NCBI GenBank assembly: GCA_964016885.1
Contig: OZ024741.1
Location: 405,604,001 to 405,668,000 of the forward strand
Length of the DNA: 64,000 nt
Direction: 5' to 3'
Source: Eledone cirrhosa
Taxonomy: Eukaryota
A program made the position numbers and the translations under genes. The number at the start of each line of letters is the position of its first letter. Within the stretch, counting starts at the first letter, position 1. A model generated the notes under the pieces. It did no database searches, was not told where the DNA came from, and was given only the letters and a program-made list of their open reading frames with translations. Shown here piece by piece: positions 54,765-64,000 of this stretch.

Positions 54765-55370
54765 GGTGGCTGCCAATTCGTTTTCCAGTACGGCCACTAC
54801 TTTATATCCATGTAGGAGAACCCCTACCGATGCGCTGAACGAGTGTGACTTTTTAGTCCAGCAGGCGACTTGAAAACTCTGGTACAAACACTACACCTGT
54901 GACAATTATTGACACATAGTGCTGGGCCCATGGTACCATGTGACGACAAGTGCAGATAGATCTCCAGATATAAAGCAATGTCTGTGCCATGAAGCTTTTA
55001 TAGTGAGCAAAGGCACTGCACAAAGCCAGTCCCACTCTCTTAACCAAGATGATATTTACCAAAAAGAAGAACAAGTCAACATCATTGGATACCATCAGGG
55101 TTGCAGGTGTTATATCAGAGTTTTCCTTCTCCTAGAATTCTGCCTTGACAAAGGCTAAGGGGTCATCTCTCCCGGTGATTTTGGATGGCCAGTGACTCTT
55201 AAGAGCTCCTTTGCCCTTTGACAGGTTTTGTTTTTAGTCCTGCAGGATGTCCAAAGTCACCCTCCTCACCAAGAAACCTTGGTGGGGTTGCCAGTTTAGT
55301 CGCCAACGACCCGACCATGAGACAAGTTGTACTGGGATACATGTTACCAGTAGCACCAACTGGTGACCTG
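54765..55370 (-). mobile_element. Probable RTE LINE 5' UTR and decayed APE N-terminus
   Basis: GCGACTAAACTGGCAACCCC…TAAAAACAAAACCT leader; ESGTGFV-like peptide. Confidence 0.45.
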
Positions 55371-55394
55371 ACATACATACATACATACATATAC

Positions 55395-55476
<82 letters not shown>

Positions 55477-55662
55477 GTAGGTCCCGGGTTGAGTCGGGGA
55501 TAACCACAGTAAGTAAGGTACTCAATACATGGCAGAGTAACATTTTTTTATTTTATAGAAGGAGCTTCTACAGGACTAGTACTGTTTCATATAGCTTCCT
55601 GAAGATTTCATCTGAATGAAACAGTACTAGTCCTGTAGAAGCTCCTTCTATAAAATAAAATA

Positions 55663-55665
<3 letters not shown>
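55477..55665. mobile_element. Two-armed inverted PLE-end insertion
   Basis: 55546-55590 is inverted relative to 55616-55660; left tail of about 68 nt. Confidence 0.88.
55593..55643 (+). ncRNA. Type I hammerhead, canonical core
   Basis: AGCTTC/GAAGCT stem I; CTGAAGA; TTCA/TGAA; GAAA-CAG…CTG-TA. Confidence 0.88.
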
Positions 55666-56938
<1,273 letters not shown>

Positions 56939-56984
56939 CGTAAAATAAGAAAATTATAAAATTAACTTACTTACTAAAATATCA

Positions 56985-57064
56985 CTTCCAACTAATTAGT
57001 TTCTGGAATGGAGTAAATATATTTTCCGAAGAAGATATGGAGAAACATTCCGTCGTCAGGGAAG
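56985..57064 (-). ncRNA. Type I hammerhead
   Basis: CTTCC/GGAAG stem I; CTGACGA; GGAATG/CATTCC stem II; GAAA-CTAATTAG-TT. Confidence 0.88.
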
Positions 57065-57503
57065 TCTATTCTCGTTTAAGTTTCCAGGCAAAGCGGGGAC
57101 TCTGGAAACTTATTAAAAAATAATTCAGTGGATAGGAAATAGCAAAGCGTGGACTGAATTCCTAGCCATTGAGAAAATCACTGCCTCTGCGTCAGTGGCA
57201 AATTCAAAAAGAATCAATCACGTGACATCGAGGTCAATCAGTGGAAAGTTTGCTAATAAGACAGCGGCCTGCCTACTACCATAGCAGCAGTCATGGCCAA
57301 TATTGCTCGACAAATAATTTGGAGATAATTATAAAGAATTAATATCTAGTAACATATATATACATACAGATGCATATCAATGCTAGCAAATATATAGGTT
57401 TTGTCTTAGTAACATTGTGGTTCAATGCATGGGGTTGCAGAACAATGATATGAGAGACGTAAAATAAGAAAATTATAAAATTAACTTACTTACTAAAATA
57501 TCA

Positions 57504-57583
57504 CTTCCAACTAATTAGTTTCTGGAATGGAGTAAATATATTTTTCGAAGAAGGTATAGAGAAACATTCCGTCGTCAGGGAAG
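57504..57583 (-). ncRNA. Type I hammerhead, second copy
   Basis: Same core as 56985-57064; differences confined to the distal part of stem II. Confidence 0.88.
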
Positions 57584-57686
57584 TCTATTCTCGTTTAAGT
57601 TTCCAGGCAAAGCGGGGACTCTGGAAACTTATTAAAAAATAATTCAGTGGATAGGAAATAGCAAAGCGTGGACTGAATTCCTAGCC

Positions 57687-57740
57687 TGTTATTAATTCTG
57701 GCAATATTACACAAATATGACCCTCCCCAAGTATAACAAT
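57687..57740 (+). mobile_element. 54-bp 3' end of the 23411/33454 PLE type
   Basis: TGTTATTAATTCTGGCAATATTACACAAATATGACCCTCCCCAAGTATAACAAT matches 25153-25206. Confidence 0.9.
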
Positions 57741-57767
57741 ATATATATATATATATATATATAATAT

Positions 57768-58346
57768 AATGAAATGACAGGAGGCTGGATTTGTGTAAAT
57801 CCTTGAAAGGTTTATTATACTATGATAATTTCAATGACCGGGTTCCGTATGAATCCGGTGATATCATCAGGTATTCGAAATATAATACGTGAATGTAATA
57901 GATAAAATCCATGGGGATGAAAATCGAGGGCCCGAGGGCGACCGCTATTCTGTTCCTTCAACCTGTTCCTTCAACCTCAGCCGGTCGCCCTCGAGGGCGA
58001 CCGGCTGAGGTTGAAGGAACAGAATAGCGGTCGCCCTCGGGCCCTCGATTTTCAGCCCCATGAATTTTATCTATTACATTCACGTATTATATTTCGAATA
58101 CCTGATGATATCACCGGATTCATACGGAACCCGGTCATTGAAATTATCATAGTATAATAAACCTTTCAAGGATTTACACAAATCCAGCCTCCTGTCATTT
58201 CATTATAATATTTAACTCCGTAATAGCACCACCAACTACAAAAACAAAGACGGTTGAACTGCCTTACGTTGAGTACTCTCTATATTATTGCATTACGATT
58301 GACCATACGGAATATACCAGCTCTATACAGTGGTAAACCCCAAACC

Positions 58347-58350
<4 letters not shown>
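57768..58350. mobile_element. Two-armed inverted PLE-end insertion with HHRs at 57817-57874 (-) and 58098-58155 (+)
   Basis: Fold-back centred at about 57992; ATAC-CTGATGA…ACCGG/CCGGT…GAAA-TTATCA-TA-GTAT; right tail of about 140 nt. Confidence 0.88.
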
Positions 58351-58379
<29 letters not shown>

Positions 58380-58382
<3 letters not shown>

Positions 58383-58564
58383 AACCAGTAAGACCCCGAC
58401 AGCTGAGCTCAAGCCGTTTCGACGGCTAATTCTGAATTAGCCGTCGAAACGGCTTGAGCTCAGCTGTCGGGGTCTTACTGGTTCCTATTATCCACTCTAC
58501 TACCTCAAGTATTGAGTACTTTGGTGCGTTATGGTCCACCTGGTTCCTTACCACATTTCCTTCG

Positions 58565-58566
<2 letters not shown>
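58380..58566. mobile_element. Two-armed inverted insertion, family B (long arm on the right)
   Basis: Fold-back centred at about 58433. Confidence 0.9.
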
Positions 58567-58644
<78 letters not shown>

Positions 58645-58645
<1 letters not shown>

Positions 58646-58963
58646 CAATATGTTGAAAAGGTAACACACTAGAGAGATATACAGGGCGCTATCAATAAAA
58701 CAGGGGAAAACCACCAGTGTATGGAATCTATAACCTATGAAAGGCAGAGTATAGACACGATAATTAAAAATATAAATTAAAGCGTAAATAAATACCTCTC
58801 TATATGGTGGTTTTTCCCTGTTTTATTGATAGCGCACTGTATCTCTCTCTGGTGTGTTACCTTTTCAACATATTGTATTTTGAAGAGCTCAAGATTTCCT
58901 CTCCTTTGAGCACATTATTTACAGGGAACGGCGAGAGTCTATGGCTCCGTTAATGTATCGTGG

Positions 58964-58966
<3 letters not shown>
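58645..58966. mobile_element. Two-armed inverted insertion with tail
   Basis: 58645-58716 is inverted relative to 58805-58877; right tail of about 90 nt ends in (CA)n. Confidence 0.7.
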
Positions 58967-59049
<83 letters not shown>

Positions 59050-59078
59050 CAGAGAGAAAGAAAGTGATAGATAGATAT

Positions 59079-59909
59079 ATTTCTTTATTTGCCACAAGGG
59101 CGCACAAGATAAGGGGACAATACAAAGAAACATGCCGGGGATTTTACATACAGTCGTGTAAAAAATATAAAAACAAACAATTACAACAATCGAAATCCCC
59201 AAATAAGGGGGAGGCCCCACAAATGGGTTGTTTAATACCCCGTCGATAGAACAACCCTCAACTTTAGGAGCGTGTTGTGCAAGTGCTCCCTTCTTCCCTT
59301 TGCTCTCTTCTTCAACCTACAGGCTTATAAACAGAGAAGGCCCAATTACTCGGGCCATTTTCGCTTCATTCACCCACCTTTCAGTAAATTTACTGGAGTG
59401 TAGTGCCTCTCTCTCCACTCTGATTCTTCTTCTAAAGTGATACTTAAAGAAGGGAATGAATTGTTGTCCGGAGAGAAAGGCATCTGTCCTCAGTCCTCTC
59501 AATCTCGTCCACCATATAACTTCTTTCACCATAGCCACTATACAGAGGAAAACCGCGTCTCTTTTGTTTTTGAAAGAGGCTGGCGGTTTGATCTTTACTA
59601 AGGACTCGGCAGTCAACTGGATTTGTCCCATACGCGACAGCAGTTGTTCTGCATAGTTCCACAGGTTGGTTACGCTCGGGCAGTGTTGCGTTCAGGACTG
59701 TTTCAATGTCTTGCGCGCATCTTGGACACGTCCTCTTGGAAGGATCCCTGCCGGGGCGTCCGTGCCTGTAGATCTTGTCACGAACCGGTAGAGCTCCTCG
59801 GTAGCACTGCCAGGCCATGGACCTCTGGAAGTTGTCCATAGGTCCCGGGCGGAAAGTCCTACCAAACAGACTGCTGGGTTCGTCGTCTTCGACACCTAGA
59901 GTTTCTCCG
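59079..59909 (-). mobile_element. Tx1/L1-like LINE 3' fragment (copy A)
   Basis: AWQCYRGALPV…CPRC…ETV zinc-binding domain; AATAAAGAAAT 3' end next to GATA repeats. Confidence 0.85.
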
Positions 59910-59937
59910 GGGGATAGATAGATAGATAGATACATAA

Positions 59938-62900
59938 ATTTCTTTATTAGCCACACGGGCACAAAAGAAGGGGACAAATACAAATGGGGAGTTTACATAC
60001 AGGTATATGAAAATAAAACTATTAATAAAATAACAAATAACAATTGAAATCCCCAATAGAGGGGAGGCGTTACATAGGGGTTGTACACACCCCGAAAAAA
60101 TGTACAACCCTCATCTCCAGGAGCACCAAGAGTGAGTACTCTCTTCCTCTCTTCCTCTTTTTCCTCAACCTACAGGCTTATATAGAGAGAAGGCCCAACC
60201 ACTCGGGCCATCTTTGCCACATTCACCCACCTTTTATAAAATTTGCTGGGGTACAGCACCTCTCTCTCCATCCTGATTATTCTTCCAAAATGATATTTGA
60301 AAAAACGAATCAGTTGCTCGCCAGAGAGGAAAGTGTCTGACCTCAGCCCTTTTAACCTCTTTCACCATAGCCATAACACATAGGAAAACGGCCTCTCCCT
60401 CGTTTTTGAAGGAGGGTGGCGGTTTGATCATGACAATGGACTCGATGGTCAACTGGATTGGTCCCACCCCCGACAATAGTCGTTCTACATAGCCCCACAG
60501 GTTGGTAACGCCCGGGCAGTGTACAAATGCGTGTGCGACGGTTTCCTCGTCGAGCACGCATCTCGGACATATCTTTTTCGAAGGGTCCCTACCCGGGCGC
60601 CCGTGTCTGTAGAGCTTGTCTCGAACTGGTAGAGCTCCTCGGTAGCACTGCCAGGCCAGGGACTTTTGGAAGTTGTCCATTGGTCCCGGGTGGAATGTCC
60701 TACCGAACAGACTGGCCAGTTCGTCCTACTCTACGCCTAAAGTTTCTCCGAGCGCGTCGTCGCACTTGCTGCGGATCAACCCTCTATAGAATGTCAAAGT
60801 GGAGTCTTCACTGATCGCCGGGTCTGTTTACCAGAGGACTGTGAGCGCCTGAGCACTTTCGATGTGCCAGTCGCCCATTTTCCTCGGTCTTTGCTTGACC
60901 CAGGACTGCAGTTCGGTCAGCGAGACGAGTCGTGGGAAGGCTCGCCTCACGAACGGGGCCCACATCGGTTGTCCGGTGAGGAATACGTGGAGGTGCCACA
61001 GCCTGAGCGCGTGTTTGCGCATCGTCAGCGACAGCATCCCCAGCCCTCCGTTTGAAGGGTGTTCCGTTTGAAGGGTGTTGGCAGCAGATGGATCTTCTTA
61101 CCAAAGGAGCCCGTTTCTTCCAAAGGATTTGGAAGAGCGCGCGCTCCATTTTGGTGAGCGTTTTGGCTGGACAAGGCACGACGGTCAAGCAGTAGTAGTG
61201 TTCGCCACCTCCGCTCAACCTTTCAAGGATAGTTTGCACTCGGCCCACTTCTGGGTGAGCGCAAACACCTTGGCCGTCACCTCGTTCCAGTTCTTCTCCA
61301 CCTGGAGGTCCGCTCCAAACCAGGCCCCGAGCAGCTTTACCAGTCCTTCCGTCCAGCGTCCGACGACGCCATCGGAAGGCATCGGTTTGCCTCTCCACGT
61401 TCCGAGTTGCAAACCGACGAATTTGTCCCGGTTCAGCTTCGCTCCTGTGAACCTTTCGTATTTATCCAGTAAGGCGCCGACCTCCCCGATTTGCGAGGTG
61501 CTCGACACCATTACTGTCACGTCGTCGGCGTAGGCCCACGCCGTTTTCGCAGTCCCGGTTCCAAAGGGATGCCCTGCGATACCTCAAAATTCCGCAGTAG
61601 TGGCTCGAGAGTCAGTACGTACAGAAGGGAGGAGAGAGGGCATCCCTGTCGGATGGATCGCGTTATATGGAACGGCTCCGAGAGGTACCCGTTCACCTTG
61701 ACCCTTGATCAGATGTTGCTGCTGTGCATTGCAGCAATCCAGCCCCTGAACACGGGTCCGAAGCCTGCCGCCTCGAGCACCGCATCCAGGTAACGATGGT
61801 CAACCCCATCGAAAGCCTTAGACTCATCCAAGTTGATCAGGGCCCCACCCTACCCTCTCTATTATGTATCGCATGATGTGGAGGTTGTCGTGTATGGACG
61901 TGGTCGGGATTGCGCATGTCTGCGCTTCTCCCACCAGGTTTTCGATGACAAGCGCCAGCGCCAAAATCTGTAACTCTGTGTTTAGCAGAGTTATGGGCCG
62001 GAACTTGCCTATGTCATCCCCCTAATTCTCGTCCTTCCTGACTAACGTGACTACGCCCTTGATCACAGAACTGGGAATTCTCCCGTCCTGCTGTCAGTTG
62101 CAGTAGACCGCTTCCAGGAGACCGGAGAACAAGTCTGGCATTGCTACGTAAAATTCGTAGGGTAGACCGTCGAGACCTGGAGATTTGCGTTTGCCGCATT
62201 TGCTCAGCGCTTCCCCTATCTCAGCGGCCGAAATCGGCTTTTCGCAGAACTTCGCCTCGCTGAACGAGAGTCGCGGTAGGCCGTCGAGGTACGGACCGAA
62301 ATCCATAGCCCCTCCCGGCGTGCAGCCCTGCCCGAACATTTGAGCAAAGTGCCGCTAAAAGGCCGCGCACATCTGCTTCGGCTCACGTATCACGCGTCCA
62401 TCTTGGTCCTGCAAAGACCGAATCGTCACTCGGGCCCAGCTAACAGCTTTAGCTCCCTCGTTTCCCAGAGCACGTATTTTGCTTCTGACAACGCAGCCTT
62501 TATGCTTTGCATCGAAGAACTGGTCCAAGGCCGTTCTCGTCGCTAGCACGCTGGCTACGTTGCCACTCCTAAGTGCCTCTTCTACTTTATCTACCAGTTC
62601 CTTTTCGGTCTTATTTCTATCTAACACTAATTCTTTACTAAAACCTATCGAGTCTAATCTAACTGCCCTCTTGAGAGAGTACCACCATCTGTTATTGACA
62701 ATGGCCCCTGCCAAGTGCTGCTTAACTAAAGTGCTAATCCGTCTACTGTAGACTTTGCTTGTCGGTAACGACAAGTTCAGCTTCCAGTAGTGACCTGCTT
62801 AGTCAAGGTTGACTAAGCAGGTCACTAATTTGTGATCTGAATAGGCAACCATGGTCATTTGTGGACAGCTTAACATGTCCCTATCCTTCTTTCTAACTAG

Positions 62901-63139
62901 AACCCTATCTAGGTACGATCTAGATGTTCCGCTAGGATTAGTCCACGTCCACAGTGGCACAGTCGCAAAATCTAGTCGATATCTATCGGCCAGGTCAAAT
63001 CGGCCGATTAACTGTTTGAGGCTGTTACACTCCCTCTATCGGGACATGCTCCCACATAGTCCCAAAGTGCATCTAGGATTCCATTCCAGTCCCCCACTAA
63101 CAGCAGGGAATGGGACGTTCCTAGAAAAGTTTCCAGACG
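59938..63139 (-). pseudogene. Tx1/L1-like LINE ORF2 (APE-RT-Zn), degenerate, 5'-truncated (copy B)
   Basis: YLDRVLV; YSDH; KSPGLDGLPYEFY; FRPITLLN; KAFD; IRQGCPLS; YADD; CPRC…ETVAHAFVHC. Confidence 0.9.
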
Positions 63140-63170
63140 TAGATAGATAGATAGATAGATAGATAGACAG

Positions 63171-64000
63171 ACAAATGGGTTGTTTAATACCCCGTCGATA
63201 GAACAACCCTCAGCTTCAGGAGCGTGTTCTGCAAGTGCTCCTTTCTTCCCTATGCTCTCATCTTCAACCTACAGGTTTATATACAGAGAAGGCCCAATCA
63301 CTCGGGCCATTTTTTCCACATTCACCCACCTTTCAGTAAACTTACTGTGGTGCAATGCCTCTCTTTCCACTCTGATTCTCCTTCTAAAGTGGTTTCTAAA
63401 GAAGGGAATGAGTTGAAAAGCATCTGTCCTCAGTCCTCTCAATCTCGTCCACCATATAACCTCTTTCACCAGAACCACTATACAGAGGAAAACCGCCTCT
63501 CTTTCGTTTTTGAAAGAAGTTGGCAGTTTGATCTTTACTATGGACTCGGCAGTCAACTGGATTTGTCCCATACGTGACAGCAGTTGTTCCGCGTAGTTCC
63601 ACAGGTTGGTTACGCCCGGGCAGTGTACAATTACGTGCAGGACGGTTTTAATGTCCTGCGCGCATCTTGAACACGTCCTCTTGGAAGGATCCCCGCCTGG
63701 GCGTCCGCTTCTGTAGATCTTGTCACGAACTGGTAGAGCTCCTCGGTAGCACTGCCAGGCCAGGGACCTCTGAAAGTTGTCCATGGGTCCCGGGCGGAAA
63801 GCCTACCAAACAGACTGCTGGGTTCGTCGTCTTCGACGCCTAGAGTTTCTCCGAGCACGTCGTCGCCCTTGTGACGTACTAACCCGCTATAGAATGTCGA
63901 AGTGGAGTCTCCACTGATTGCTGTGCCCGCTTGACAGAGGACTGTGAGTAGCTGCGAGCATTCAATGTGCCGGGGGCCCATCTTCTTCGGTCTTCGCTTG
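63171..64000 (-). mobile_element. Tx1/L1-like LINE 3' region (copy C), runs off the window
   Basis: Close to copy A; lacks the last about 140 nt of 3' UTR. Confidence 0.85.

Noticed and set aside
55298-55368. HDV-like ribozyme at the RTE 5' end
   Set aside because: Only a P1-like pairing (GGTCACC/GGCGACT) could be drawn; P2, P3 and J4/2 not found
58874-58956. Hammerhead in the tail of the 58645 insertion
   Set aside because: Needs a U3-G8 core, a 14-nt insertion and GGAA in place of GAAA; too many deviations

Overview
AT-rich, microsatellite-laden eukaryotic DNA with no recognisable intact host gene. The many tRNA-derived SINE copies (…GGGGTCGATAAAATAAAGTACCAG…) resemble those I recall from octopod cephalopods, so the source is probably an octopod (inference). 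The window is mostly retroelements, dominated by Penelope-like elements (PLEs; RT plus C-terminal GIY-YIG). These comprise three Hydra-type copies (one near full length with 1.6-kb pseudo-LTRs), a GC-rich Neptune-type copy, and a third type present as a young 5.6-kb inverted pair with a 724-aa ORF. There are also over a dozen short PLE-end insertions between (TA)n tracts, Tx1-like LINEs stacked in (GATA)n, RTE and CRE-like LINE fragments, SINEs, MITEs and minisatellites. About 20 hammerhead-ribozyme (HHR) motifs can be read by eye, some with variant cores. Three patterns stand out. (1) Unrelated families share one 3' layout: HHR, then a fixed AT-rich end point, then a TTGAGTRCTT-like motif (22-27 nt later in four families), then a tail; insertions are asymmetric, with a short arm and a tailed long arm. 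(2) Several 0.5-0.7-kb non-coding tandem units use the same layout, including a 519-nt unit bounded by two intact HHRs (retrozyme-like, possible circular RNA). (3) Two of these units are joined directly to pieces of autonomous PLEs. All calls come from reading the sequence without tools; clade names and RNA folds need computational confirmation.
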